64,000 bases of DNA from Trichoplax sp. H2. Its lineage: Eukaryota. A model generated the notes under the pieces. The model ran no database searches. It was not told the origin of the DNA and saw only the letters and a list, made by a program, of their open reading frames with translations. Below, piece after piece: positions 25,932-38,679 of the stretch (positions are counted from its first letter, which is position 1; each line of letters opens with the position of its first letter). The stretch covers positions 248,001 to 312,000 of the forward strand of contig NOWV01000015.1 in the NCBI GenBank assembly GCA_003344405.1, written 5' to 3'. Position numbers and translations under genes: made by a program.

Positions 25932-28900
25932 GATGAAATGCCTAAAGTTTTAACTACAACTATAATAGTAATTATGATAATTTTATTTTAGATTCATTAA
26001 AATTACGGATTTCATTTATTAAAATTTGTGATAGGAATAGTTTTTAAGTAAAGAAATTTAACTACGACAATGACTAATAAAAACTAAATAACTAAACGTT
26101 ATCGAACTTAATGTATTATTCCAATAAATTACTAAATTTTTTACATGTCTATGCCATAAACACCCTAATTTTATTTATAAAAATTATAATAAAGCATATA
26201 TCTTACCTCAATTATTTTAAGTTCAATTTCAAGATGCTAAAATTTCTATCTTATTTCATAACTATTTATTGAGAATAAAAGGAATAAAGGTCTTATCGTC
26301 TGCTATATGGAGGTGATTGTCTGGCTTTTCCTAGCGGAGTAATCAATCATTATTAATCAAATATGTTGTACAGAATTATTTATGAATGATAAAATTCGTT
26401 TGTTTCAATATGGTACAATAAATTATTAAAATCTAGAAAGTTTCTACTGAAAAATTGTTCTAGATCTATGCAATATTTTTAAATTTGAAACCTCTTATTT
26501 CCTATTATTTTACTTATAGAACGATGTAAATCTCTAGAAAAATTATCATTGATTTACAATGCAAACATTTGCAGGATAGAATACATTTGAATTGCTTCAG
26601 TATGTGATGATAATTTCGCCGCATGATGCCTTGCAGGATTTAAATCAGCGCATACCGGGTCTTAGAAGATATCGGGAGTTAAAGAATCGACTTCTATTAT
26701 CCTTTCTCCAGTATGTTTCAGTAGCATTCAATGCTTAAGCTTGCAATCCGTTAATACGCATTTTAGAAGGTTTTATGTAGTCCAAATACGTAATTGAAAT
26801 GTTTGGCTTTGATATTAAAGTAGTATGATACTGGTTGCTTCTACAATGTAATAGTTACAGTATAAAATCTTGAATCAGAGTCTAAAATGGTGCCTTGAAA
26901 ATTATTCACCCAAAATCAGTTAGAGAAGATTACATTTTAAGCTCGAGCCACAAATGTGTGGCCCTATAAATGGTTTTCTTTTAAATGTATAATATCTCTA
27001 TTATTTCGATGTAGGCTCTATCTCGGATTCTATGAATAGTTTATGAAACTGATTGAGTAAGCAATGTTTACATTAAAAGCAGTATATAATTAATATGCAA
27101 AACTTTTTTTGTTTTTCTATCATTATAATTACGCAATCAAGTGAAACTTGATTCCACCTTTGCCTACAAAAATTAATAAAGTGTAAATACTATGTAAAAT
27201 TATTTATGACTAACATAAATGAATTAAAATCGAAATTGTGTTTAGTTAGACGTATTATTGCTACAATATCAGATTAAAATATTTCCATTAATTTCACGGG
27301 CATTTAAGGTGGATTATAACGTCAGTAATTGCATAAGAATCTGTGATAGAAATAAAATTTGTAGACTTTAATTTTTGCATTTACAATTGGAAGGACTAAA
27401 CCAATATAAAATTGTCTTATATTAGGCTACGCCATCTTTGCAAGGTATCCGTACGATAGTTCTATCGATTTAATTCCTTACATTATTATTAACCAAGTCT
27501 TTTATCAACTTCTTTTATGATATTGAAATCTTACTAGTTTTTCATTTTATATCGGTTACGGTTCGGTACTTAAAGTATAGGATTTGTAAGTTTAAATGAT
27601 GCTCCTATTTCGCTGATCGAATCACATCTTTAATACCTGGAATTGGTTGCAATTAGTAAACTGTAAAGAAATCAACTTGAAGTTCATCGGTATACAATTA
27701 CTCAGTTCATGCTTTCTACTTTTCCAGCGCTTAGATACTGAAAATGTCATCATGAAATTTATCAAGAAATTTGTTATTATTAATGTTTTAATTTTAATTA
27801 TATTTTAAGTAAATATACCTCATTAATTTCTTACAGTATTACCACTAAATAATTTATACTCCAATTAAAATGCAATAATGGCAATTTTTGTATTCGATTA
27901 TGAACTATAAGATCCTTCGATCATATTACTTTGTAAAGTCTGATATCAGTTTTCGGAATAAACACAAAGCGAATATTATACAAAGTTATATGAATAACCG
28001 CTACTAAGCCATTATAATTATTTCAAGATATCTTTAATTGCAACAAATTGTAGAATATATTTCAGTTTTATTATTAAATGAAGGAAATCATTCCTTTTTC
28101 ATACAGTATTTCAATTCAACGTATTGTTGTGCATTTTACTGGTACATGGGAGACTGTAATGCGCAGTATTGCATTTGATACCTAATATTCTGCTTAATTG
28201 TATTAATACTCACGATATAATTATCATGGTTTGCATTCTTAGTTTACTCTTATAACTGACTTCATTGTTACAAAATGCAAAGATTAAGACTTACCATACG
28301 GTACTATTTTAGGTTAATTTAATATGGCGAGAAACTTGAGCTGGTTTGTCCATGTGTTAGAGCTACTGTTTAATTCATTAGTTAATTAATTCTCTAGGAG
28401 TCTTTGTGTGGTTGTATTATTTGGAACATTAATCGAACCACGAAATCATTACAGAAAGCTATGTATTCGAATTAAAAATTGATTGCATAGTACAGTTAGT
28501 GAATATATTTCTCAATTTCTTTTAAAGAATCGTCATTAACTTTTACGTTTAGATTACACGCCATCAGTTCCATTATTAATTGTTCTCTACTTTGCTGTAA
28601 TCATCCACACGGAAGAAATCTTTTTTTTATCTTCAAGCAGTTAATTAGCTTCTACCGGACTTCATCCGATAATTACCTTTATTACCTGTTCTCTACTTGC
28701 TTGTAATCATTTAAACAGAACGAATTTTTTCATTGCCTTAACGTTGATTAGTGAATATATTAGAAATGAATTAGCTACGATTTAAGATATCTGAATATTG
28801 AGCATTTAATCCCATTAAAGAAGTTAATTGTAACGCATTTGTATTTATCAATAGATATAAGGACATGCCTTTGTCAATTTAGCAGTTCCACAGAGGGAAA

Positions 28901-29959
28901 TTTACTTGAACTCATAAATGCTAAATAGTATTTTAATGTATGATTCAACTAATTTTCCTGTTGGCCCGACATGGGTTATTGAGAAAAATAAAAAACAGTT
29001 CATTTTTTATCGAATAATAGAGAAATTTAAATATATAATTATAGTGTTCATAGTTGTGCGTAAACGCGTAAGAACTAGAACATTTACTAGATAAAGGCAT
29101 TAGATGACTAGCTAGGAAAGAAGGCCTTTCTCCTAAATTAGTCAGTTGTGAATTTTATACCCTCGAGAGGAAAGAGATGGCTACTTGCAGTAAAAAATTG
29201 ATCTCACAGAAGTATAAAGCTTATACAGATTTCCTTTGTCTCCCCAATGAAGGAGATAAAAATAGCTGCAGCAGGATTAAACCTATGCCAATTCATACGG
29301 TAGCATTTTTACAAGCACTGACTCATATTTCTGAACATACAGTACTATTTAAATGTTACTACCATTAGCAAGTAAGATTTTGATGTAAGACCTTAAAACT
29401 CAATGGAGCATCCACTTAACATAGTATAGACAAGATAAGCACTATATTAGAACTTTCGTGGCTACACAATTTCAATTAATTTTCAAGGTATTTGCTACTT
29501 TTTCTCAGTAGCCGGTGATTGTTATTATTCTAATTAGATGAAACATCAAAACACTTATTTGATGAACACATAGCTTTTACTCTTGCAATCGTTGTATTTA
29601 CAAATTGATCTTCCATCACTAAGTGTCTAAAAAAGTTATGCTGCACCCTACAGGATAACGTCGTGATAGCTTCAAGGAGATCTGAGACCAAACACAGCTC
29701 GTAAATATTATCCATAGAATTCTGCGATAACCATAAACATCCTAAAACAGTACCTATGCAAATATTGTACTGCTTTATTTGGATGTACGTTAATATACTA
29801 TAGTCACTAGACGGCAAAGACAAATTCTAATCCTATACAGTCATCTGCTGACAACTTTAACTGCTTGCAATTATAAGATGATTTTAACAAGTCTGTGGCT
29901 CATTAAATTTCAAGGTTTGGATTAGATATTTTTATTATCGTTTTTGACCTCCTCGCAAT

Positions 29960-31468
29960 TAACCTTTAAATCATAATCCACTCTTAGCTTGCATTTCTTT
30001 TATCAAGTCCGGTACTATAGTAGCTTCTTCCATATTTTCTACTGTCATGTAGTAATTTGCTATTGTCTTATATCAATTAATTATCTTGGTAGAATCCTCA
30101 TTGGCATAATGGCTGTATATCTCTAAAGAGGATTGCAACTCCGACAGAACATCACTATATTTCTATTGGAAACAGTAGCCAGTCGTTAAGTAATCGTAGG
30201 CATCAGCATGCACTAAAGTACATCCTTTTGAGCACTCACAAGAACAATTTGGCATTAAATGCTGCTATCGCATCAAGTTTTTTCATGCCAAAATAATTAC
30301 AGCTAAAAGCATCATAATAATCTAATAATCCCGCACTAACCATTAACTGTATCTTCTTAAAATATTTATCTAATGTCTAGCTCATTTTCTAGTAACTCTG
30401 CAGTACTATCGTAATTATTGTTAGCCACAGCGACCAAGCCCAGGGACAGATATAGCGTAGCAAAATCCCTGTCTTATTCTTCTGAATTTACTTGACCAAT
30501 TTCTAGCTATTTTGGAATACTGCTTTGGCCTGTTCTGACTCTTCCATTGACATATAAGTCTTTCCAATGTCATGATAAGCATCTACAACTGATAAATCAG
30601 GGTCTTTGAGTGGTGGCGGTTGCAATGATTTCAGTTAAATGTAGTAGTACAGTAGGGTGACTAATAGGAAGAAACAGTGCACTTGTACTGTTTCGAGTAA
30701 AGACTGGGATTCTCCAGTTAATGCCGTATCTGATAGCCAAATATAAAATTTGGGTTTACGTAGGCGAACCAATAGTAATAGCAGGAGACCATCACTGGGC
30801 GAAATCAAAGGAAGCTTTTACTTCATTTAACTTTTCTACTTCTAAATATTGTCTATCCAAACGAAAATGTATCTCAGCAACCTTATCATATTTTTTCCAA
30901 AATGCTTTATGAAGATATTAAGCACTTCTCATAAGTAAAAATAGCTAATTCATTTTCATCCAAGCCTTCATGGCTTACACCTAGTTCAAAATAAGTGTCA
31001 CACTGCTCGAACTATCCACAGCATAAATGTAGCCCTAATTTCTTGGGCTTTCTTGTACACCTTTATAGCTTCTTCGTAATCATGCAAATAATATAAATTG
31101 CCAATCTTACATTAGAGTTTTCCTAATGACTATAAATAGTTACAAACTGAAATTATACATTAGCGACTTGTAAACAATTTTCGTCCTGTTTTGCTAATCA
31201 AATCTTAAGAATCTATTCTAGAAGTGATTTGGCTGCATGTAGTCGCCTTCATTCATTCAAATGCTTGCTAGATTCATATAAGAATGAGCAATAGGTATAT
31301 TATTTTCTGCAACGACACTTATTTTTACGTTCAGACTTTTCTCATATTTTTCCTAGGCGTCGCTATCTTTTCCTTGTAGCATCTAATATCTCCGATTGAA
31401 TCATATAGCGACGCAATAGATTAATTTTGATCTCCTAATACTTTTAATCGCATATTTAGAGCAGTATG
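29960..31468 (-). pseudogene. 5'-truncated decayed paralog of the 723-aa TPR gene
   Basis: Colinear nucleotide similarity to ~32480-34045, e.g. 31385-31467 vs 33961-34045, 30420-30510 vs 32943-33030, and 29975-30230 vs 32495-32745. Many stops and indels, plus a ~185-bp insert at ~30610-30795. Confidence 0.85.
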
Positions 31469-31472
31469 TAAT

Positions 31473-31706
31473 TGTCACAAATTTGTCTTTGTGATCGACT
31501 GAACTAATTTACTAGCTACTTAACGAGTTCCTACTAACTGAGGAGGTAAAGCAATACTGCAAATTAGACTGACTACAGCCTCACAAGTACTATAAACAGC
31601 TAGAAGTTTGTGTAGCTTTTTAATAGTCATTATTCTAAGTGTATGCAAAAAGTATGAAACTTCGTGTACAACTAGGAGATAGTAACTGAGCAATTAAAAC
31701 GTTACA
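31473..31706 (+). mobile_element. Short LTR-like element at the pseudogene breakpoint
   Basis: TGTCAC...GTTACA ends and CTATAAAC at ~31590. No TSD (gtaat vs ctatc). Confidence 0.4.
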
Positions 31707-31950
31707 CTATCAGTAGTTTAATATGATAAGACTGACTATTAATAAGCTATTTTTTTTAATTAGTATTTTAATTAATAGTATAAGTGTTCGTTAGTAGCAC
31801 GTAATATGTAGTGACTATTAGTAATTTAGTATGGTGCAATATTAACAAACATTTTTATATTTAATCAATAGTCTAAGTGTTCGTTACGAGCTTAAAATAT
31901 TTAGTGTTATCAGTAATTTAATATGATGGAATATTCATAAGGCATTCTAT
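31707..31950 (+). repeat. Degenerate ~93-bp tandem repeat (2-3 copies)
   Basis: TAAGTGTTCGTTA at ~31779 and 31874. TATCAGTA.TTTAATATGAT-like blocks recur. Confidence 0.55.
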
Positions 31951-32476
31951 AGCTGTAGATTTACTTTATTCATTGCGACTGTAATCAAAGATGCATCTTT
32001 GCAAACTTCAAATTCAATATTTTTAATAAACAAGAATTTTCTAAGAACTTTTAAATACATCCGCAGAAACTTACTATTTAACTTGTTTTAATTATACCAA
32101 AAATCTGTGATTATTGAAGAAGCGATTCAAAGATTAGCTGATCTCGAAAGTGTTCTCACTGCACGTCTATGATTTTCTTATAAGCCTTCATTATTGAAAA
32201 GAAAGCCCTTATGGATGTACTGTACTACTCTATTCCATATGCAAAGACACAACAAAGTCACTAGATCATTAATAAAATCTCAACACCCTAAATTATCGAT
32301 TGATAACTTCAGTAAGGTGCAATGATAAACTAAAATTTGAAGATAAAATTTACCCTATCGTTAACTCTATTGCACTTACTGTATTATGTGAAATACAATG
32401 ATAGCATGAGAATCATAACAAACTCTCCTTTAAGGATTAGAATAAAATTTTTGTAATGGTAATTATGATCTTTCTG

Positions 32477-34648
32477 TTATTCTTCAAAAGATATTCCTCT
32501 TTTAGCTTCCAACAGTTTTAAAAAGCTCCGCACTTTATTAGCTTCTTCAACATTATTCAATTCTAAGTGGCATTTTGCCATGGTCCTGTAGGTATTAATT
32601 ACCTTCAGTGGATCATCATTTATATAACGCCAGTTTATTTTGAAGGCTAATTGCAGCTCGGATAGAGCATCGCTGTACCTATGCTGTTGATAGTATGCAG
32701 TTGCAAGATGATTGTAAATATCAGCAGCTTTTAGTGTATCAACGTTTTCATTAGAAATAAGAACATCTTTTGCTTTATTAAACGCTGTAATTGCAGCATC
32801 CCATTTCTCTAACGCGGCATAATTGCAGCCGATAGTATCGTAAAAAAGAAATAATTCTTCTCCACAGGGATCGCTTTCCAAAACATTCAACATAATGTCT
32901 AATCCTTTCACTAGCAGCTCTGTAGCCCTATCGTTATGATTTTTAGCTACAGCAACAAAGCCCATCCACAGATAGAGTCGAGCATAATCTACGTCTTCTT
33001 CTTCTGAATTTGCTTGACGAATATCTAACTCTTTTTGAAAGAATTTATCAGCCCTTTTTGTATCCTTTAATGCCAAATGAGCCATTCCGATTCCATGATA
33101 AACTTCTGCTAGTTGTAAATTATCGTCTCCCAATAACATGAGTCGAGTAGTTAGAGCACTTTCAAACGAAATCAAGGCTTCATTTTGCTTTTTTATTTCT
33201 AAATAAACCTTCCCCAATCGGTAATAGGTCTCTGCAACCTTTTCATGATCTTTTCCGAAATGCATTATTAAGATTTTAAGACACTTCTCATAATTAGAAA
33301 TAGCTAATCCATTTTTATCCAAACTTTCATAGCTAGCACCTATTTCAAAGTAAGTCTCACCCACACTCGGGCTATTTTCGCCATATAATTCAGCCCGAAT
33401 TTCTAGAGCATTTCTATACATCTTTATAGCTTCTTCATAATCATCTAGTGAAAAATAATAATCTCCAATAGTATGATAGCAAACAGCTACATATGTATGT
33501 TTATCTCCTAAAACTTCTTTTCTGAGATTTATGGCTTTATATAATAGCTCTTTTGCAGTATCGACTCTATCCTGATCGATCAGATTCGTTCCCATATCTA
33601 GATATATATCAGCTAGATTCACACTCTTTTCTCCGGCAATATCTTTTCTAATTTCTAAGGCTTTCTTGTACAAAGTTTCTGCTTCATCAAAATCATCCTC
33701 ATGACGACAAATTATTGCAAATTGAAAATATATATCCCCGACTTGTAAACTATTTTCGCCCCATTTAGCTAATCGAATCTTAAGAGCCTTTTCTAGAAGT
33801 GATTTTGCTTCATCATAGTTGCCTTCATTCACTCGAACGCAAGATAGACGCATATAAGAATCGGTAATATGTATATCATTATCTCCAACGATACTTATTC
33901 TCATGCTCAGACTTTTCTCATATATTTCCAAGGCCTCGCTGAATTTTCCTTGCTTACACTTAATGTCTCCAATTGAATCATATAGTGATGCAATAGATAA
34001 ATCTTGATCTCCTAATATTTTTAACCGTATATTTAGAGCAGTATCTAGGTTTGATAAGGCTTCATCGATTCGTTGATATTCAGCATATAGTAAACCAATA
34101 CGCGAATAAGAATCAGCAACTTGTATATGGTTCTCCCCTAATTCTGTTAACCTAATTTTTAGCGCTTTCTCGTTGTACTCTATAGACTCTTTAACGAAAC
34201 TGTAGCAACTATACACATCACCAATGCCTTCATAAGTATCTGCAATTTCAGTTGTATTATCTCCAGTCGCTTGTAGTTTTAAATTAATTGCGGTTTTATA
34301 ACTGTCTATAGCTTCTTGAAATTGATACTTCATGTTTTCCGTAAATCCTCGATTATCGAAACATTTAGCTATCCTTATGTCATCTTTTAAAGTCTTTGCA
34401 ATTTCTTCTGCTCGATTACATAAATCAAAAGCTTGTTCGTAACGATATTGCCATGTATAGCAAACAGCAGAATCAAGAAGTAAATCGCAAAGGAGCTTAT
34501 TTCGATCATCTAACTGGTCAGTGATTGTTTGAAGTTTAGTTAATGCATCATGAAAACAAGCTAAAGCCTGATCATCCAGCTCTTTATATACTAGTAATAG
34601 TCCTTTTTGTCGTTGTCCTTGAATATCTTGAATTTTAGAGCTATCCAT
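32477..34648 (-). CDS. Intronless acidic 42-aa TPR protein, 723 aa, ~14 repeats plus N-terminal module
   Basis: ATG-initiated ORF with repeats such as IASLYDSIGDIKCKQGKFSEALEIYEKSLSMRISIVGDND. Confidence 0.93.
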   Translation of the reverse strand: MDSSKIQDIQGQRQKGLLLVYKELDDQALACFHDALTKLQTITDQLDDRNKLLCDLLLDSAVCYTWQYRYEQAFDLCNRAEEIAKTLKDDIRIAKCFDNRGFTENMKYQFQEAIDSYKTAINLKLQATGDNTTEIADTYEGIGDVYSCYSFVKESIEYNEKALKIRLTELGENHIQVADSYSRIGLLYAEYQRIDEALSNLDTALNIRLKILGDQDLSIASLYDSIGDIKCKQGKFSEALEIYEKSLSMRISIVGDNDIHITDSYMRLSCVRVNEGNYDEAKSLLEKALKIRLAKWGENSLQVGDIYFQFAIICRHEDDFDEAETLYKKALEIRKDIAGEKSVNLADIYLDMGTNLIDQDRVDTAKELLYKAINLRKEVLGDKHTYVAVCYHTIGDYYFSLDDYEEAIKMYRNALEIRAELYGENSPSVGETYFEIGASYESLDKNGLAISNYEKCLKILIMHFGKDHEKVAETYYRLGKVYLEIKKQNEALISFESALTTRLMLLGDDNLQLAEVYHGIGMAHLALKDTKRADKFFQKELDIRQANSEEEDVDYARLYLWMGFVAVAKNHNDRATELLVKGLDIMLNVLESDPCGEELFLFYDTIGCNYAALEKWDAAITAFNKAKDVLISNENVDTLKAADIYNHLATAYYQQHRYSDALSELQLAFKINWRYINDDPLKVINTYRTMAKCHLELNNVEEANKVRSFLKLLEAKRGISFEE

Positions 34649-36453
34649 TGTTATTAATTCGACGAATGCTTTAATTAACAGCTATAGTCGCGAATAAACT
34701 TAGGAATAATAAATTATTAGTTCCTGTTTCCAAAAATTGATGAGTAAAATATTATAATCCAGCAGGCTGTGACCTTAATCTGATAATTGTAGTCTATATC
34801 TAATTAAGGAATATCATTTTAACTTATGATATGTTTTGATAATTGTGCACCAGTTACTCCTTGAATTTAATACTTATAATCATACAACTTGAGCTTGATT
34901 GATGTAACATCGTCATGAGCTATTAAATTCTAATCACAATACATAATTGGACCATGTGGTTGTTAAGATCGTATGATGTACCTTACCAACGAAGCCTTAT
35001 TGCTTTATCATATGCCGCCATTTTTACAATTAACTCTCACCAGATATGACCTTGAGCATCAAACAGAAAAATATGTTACCGATCCCTATAAGTAAATTCA
35101 TATTGCAGCACTCGGTCGTTAAATTTGATTACTGGTTCACGTGACACGGAAGATATACATGGTAACAATTCTTTGCATTCGAATTAACTAATTTGCTATA
35201 CAGGCTATGATAATAAATCCATAAGTTAACTACGAGGCTTTCTTTATTAATGTATTCCGAAAAGTCAGCCTGAGTTTGACTATATATTTCCTGCGGCTAT
35301 TGTAATTTTTTACGCCGCTATAGTGCTTGAATGCTTTGTGATATAAAATAATCTACCTAACCTTTGAACAACCCAATTTAATTAATTTGTCTGAACAGAA
35401 AGCTGAAGTAAAATTTCTAGTTAAACTGCCGATCATAATGCTATCATAGTTACTTTCTATAACTAACTGCTTTACAAGAACTGCTGTATAAATATTTGCG
35501 AACTTGGCATATCCTTCGGAACCCAGAAGCTTTTGGTTCTTTCATGGGACAGTGATCATGAGTTGACATATTAGTATACTTCTTCAATAGTAGTGAATGG
35601 TAGCGTTACTAGCCTATACGGATAGCCAACAATTTTATTACTAGCCTATAAACCGTTATTAGGCTATTTAAAAATATACATGCATATGTACTTATCACTA
35701 ATAGCAGACTATTACCACGTTGTAAGCTGTCTAGTGTCACTATAGTACAAATTCATATTCTCAGAGCTCTCAAGCTAATTCTAAGAAACACCAGCTACTG
35801 CGTAGACTAGCTGGAAGAACTAATTAAGAATTAATATAGTGCAAAAAGTTTCTTAATATTCATTACGTATTTTAAGGCCTGGCATCAGCTTATCTTTATG
35901 TATAGGTTGCAACTTCAGTAACTAATATTGCACCTTCTAGCCATTTATCGGTAACAAACATAAACCAAGGTAATAAACCGTAATTTGATTGTTTGAAAAC
36001 ATACATGCATATGTATATTATCATTAATGGCGCCATTGATATATTAGGGAGCAATCATCTAATATTAGCTTCACGATAATATCTATTCAAAGTAACCTAA
36101 GTAAATCAAATATAGCTATCCATATTATCAATAGATGCATCACTACAATGATTCAACACGAAATTTGTAACGTTAAGAAGTAATCCATGATATTTACTAG
36201 TTCTGAAATCCGACCTAAAGTATAAACTTTTAAATAAATGCACGATACCATATAGAGTGAGCATTTGGCTACAATGAAATAAAATTTAGGCGCTTTTTTA
36301 ATGCTCTAATGCTGTAAATTACGTTTTAGTTATGAATATAAGAGAAAATTACTGATTTGCCTCTGTATTATTTCATATTTAAATATAGATACACGCAAAT
36401 ATATCTGACTGATAACTTCTAAAAACATTAGTATTTATTTTTGCTTCCTCATT

Positions 36454-38679
36454 CTATTGTACTTCTTCTTGGTCTTTCTCTTCCTCTTCTTCTTCCTCAT
36501 CTTCTTCTTTTGCTTCTTCTTTTGCCAAAACTTCTAGATCAGATTCATTTATTTTCAACAGACTTATCATTTCAAGTGCTTCCTGATCTCTATCAAGTTT
36601 AGAATAGCATTCTCTCATACAATCGCAAACATATAAAATTTCTGGATGTCGTTTTCCATATTTCTCGAAGTAAATCTCTAAGCAGGGCTCATACATCAAC
36701 AAAGCTTCTTCATACTGTTCCTGCTTGAAATAAACGTTGCCCAATCCTTCGTAAATGGGGCAAATCTCTAATGATTCTTCACCAAATTTGTTTACAATAA
36801 GATTCTTGGCTTCGTAATACATTGACATAGCATCATCATGTTTGTCTTGATTATAATAAACATAGGCGATAGTATTATATAATCTTATGAGATCATCGAT
36901 CGCATCGTCTTCTCCTAAATACTGAAGCTTAATATTAAGATATTTTGAAAGCATATTAATGGCTTGATCATAATTACCGAGTTCATTATGAATTAAACCT
37001 AAAATATGATAATTATTACCAATGTCTAAATTTTGATCATTAGTTTCTTTTAAACGAAAGCTTAGGGCTTCTTGACACATAGATAATGCATCATTGTAGC
37101 CCTGATTCCTGTAATAAGCCATTCCAAGATTGAGATATAAATCGATTAAACTAAATGCATGTTTAGTATCAACTTCTTGCTGTATAACCAATGATTTTTT
37201 CAACATCGATATGGAATCATCTAGCTGATCCAGGTCAAGATAAATTTTTCCCAGAATGTGATATACCTTTGCTACTTGCAGATCTTCCCCTTTTAATTCA
37301 AGTTGTATACATAGATACCTCTCATACATTAATATTGCATCGATGAATCGGCCTTGCTTGCTATGAATATCTCCAATATCGCAATATATTTGAGCCGTAA
37401 GTAAATTGGTTGCTCCCAAAAATTTTAATCGTAAAGTCAGAACCATATTATACATTTCTAAAGCCTTATCAAACTTGCTGAGGCTAGTATATAACCTACC
37501 TAGAGCTTGATAAGATTCGGCCACATTTAAGCTTTCATGACCAAGCAATTCCAACTTTATTTCTATTGCTTTCGTAAGCATTGAATTAGCCTTCTCATAT
37601 TCTTCTTCTGTGTAATAAATCGTGCCTAAGTTATGATAAACTTCAGCAATTTCTATACTATTACGCTCAAGCAAGTCTAGCCAAATATTTAAAGATTTCT
37701 CGTGCAAGAACTTGGCTTCCTCGAAATTATTTTGATATGTATAGACTTTGGCCAATTCATGAAATGCATCAGCTACGTATAAGTTATGGTTACCAAATAA
37801 TTCTAGCCGTATATCGCGAGCTTTCTCAATAATATTCTGAGATTCACGATCTTTCCCTTGAGATAGGTAGATTCCTCCAATTCTTACGTAGGATTCCGTA
37901 ACTTCAAACTGACGTTGACCGACAATTTCTAATTTTATATTTAAGGATTTTTCGAACAGCGACATAGCATCTTCAAGTTTATTTTGTTGCTGTTTTATAT
38001 CTCCAATGGAATCGTAAACATTAGCTACTGCTAAACTCTTGCTGCCTTGCTGGCTCAATCTAATTTTTAGAGCTTTTTCGTACATTAATAAGGCATTATC
38101 GATTTTATCTTTAGTGATATACATATCGCCGATGCTGCAGTAGGAATCAGCAGTTTTTAAGTGACCATCTCCAAATTTATCTAATCGAATTTTAAGTGAC
38201 TTTTCGTAATTTTCTTGAGCTTCATTATACTTATCTTGCCAATAATAAATATCCGCAAGGCCATGATAGGTATCAGCGATATGGATATTATTATCCCCTA
38301 TAGCCAAAAGTTTCAACTTTATGGATTTCAGATAATCATCAGCAGCATCTTTAAACAATCCCTTCATACCTTTGACTTTTCCGCGACTATCAAGACAATT
38401 AGCTAGTCTTAAGTCATCTTTCAGCATTCTTGCTAACTCCTCTGATTGACTACAGTAATCTAAAGCTTCGCTATAGCAATGTTGTTGTCGATAAGTAGCA
38501 GAAATATCCAAACTCACGTCACATTGAAGTTCATCAAGAATTCTTGTATTCTTAATAGTACTATGAATTCGATCTAGTACTTGCTGATATTTCGATCGGG
38601 CTGTTTTAAAATAACCTTTTTTAAAGTCATCATGGCCCTTTTGGTACAGCTTTCGCAGTTCTTTAGGGATGACATCCAT
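36454..38679 (-). CDS. Intronless 42-aa TPR protein, 741 aa, ~14 repeats, poly-Glu C-terminal tail
   Basis: ATG-initiated ORF colinear with the 723-aa paralog. Tail reads EEAKEEDEEEEEEEKDQEEVQ. Confidence 0.93.
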   Translation of the reverse strand: MDVIPKELRKLYQKGHDDFKKGYFKTARSKYQQVLDRIHSTIKNTRILDELQCDVSLDISATYRQQHCYSEALDYCSQSEELARMLKDDLRLANCLDSRGKVKGMKGLFKDAADDYLKSIKLKLLAIGDNNIHIADTYHGLADIYYWQDKYNEAQENYEKSLKIRLDKFGDGHLKTADSYCSIGDMYITKDKIDNALLMYEKALKIRLSQQGSKSLAVANVYDSIGDIKQQQNKLEDAMSLFEKSLNIKLEIVGQRQFEVTESYVRIGGIYLSQGKDRESQNIIEKARDIRLELFGNHNLYVADAFHELAKVYTYQNNFEEAKFLHEKSLNIWLDLLERNSIEIAEVYHNLGTIYYTEEEYEKANSMLTKAIEIKLELLGHESLNVAESYQALGRLYTSLSKFDKALEMYNMVLTLRLKFLGATNLLTAQIYCDIGDIHSKQGRFIDAILMYERYLCIQLELKGEDLQVAKVYHILGKIYLDLDQLDDSISMLKKSLVIQQEVDTKHAFSLIDLYLNLGMAYYRNQGYNDALSMCQEALSFRLKETNDQNLDIGNNYHILGLIHNELGNYDQAINMLSKYLNIKLQYLGEDDAIDDLIRLYNTIAYVYYNQDKHDDAMSMYYEAKNLIVNKFGEESLEICPIYEGLGNVYFKQEQYEEALLMYEPCLEIYFEKYGKRHPEILYVCDCMRECYSKLDRDQEALEMISLLKINESDLEVLAKEEAKEEDEEEEEEEKDQEEVQ

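Noticed and set aside
28560-28735. Short two-copy local duplications (also ~2465/2615, 12200/12262, 35670/35995, 39125/39240, 63490/63665)
   Set aside because: Real but ordinary decayed tandem duplications with no further structure.
29530-29823. 97-aa ORF, and likewise 51326-51592, 44832-45065 and 45958-46245
   Set aside because: No recognisable domain or splice-supported continuation.
10345-38679. Assigning KLC or NPHP3 gene symbols, or a bacterial or endosymbiont origin, to the TPR genes
   Set aside because: The proteins lack the KLC heptad region and the NPHP3 NTPase domain. There is no operon structure, and the genes are interspersed with LTRs in eukaryotic DNA. Horizontal origin cannot be judged without a phylogeny.
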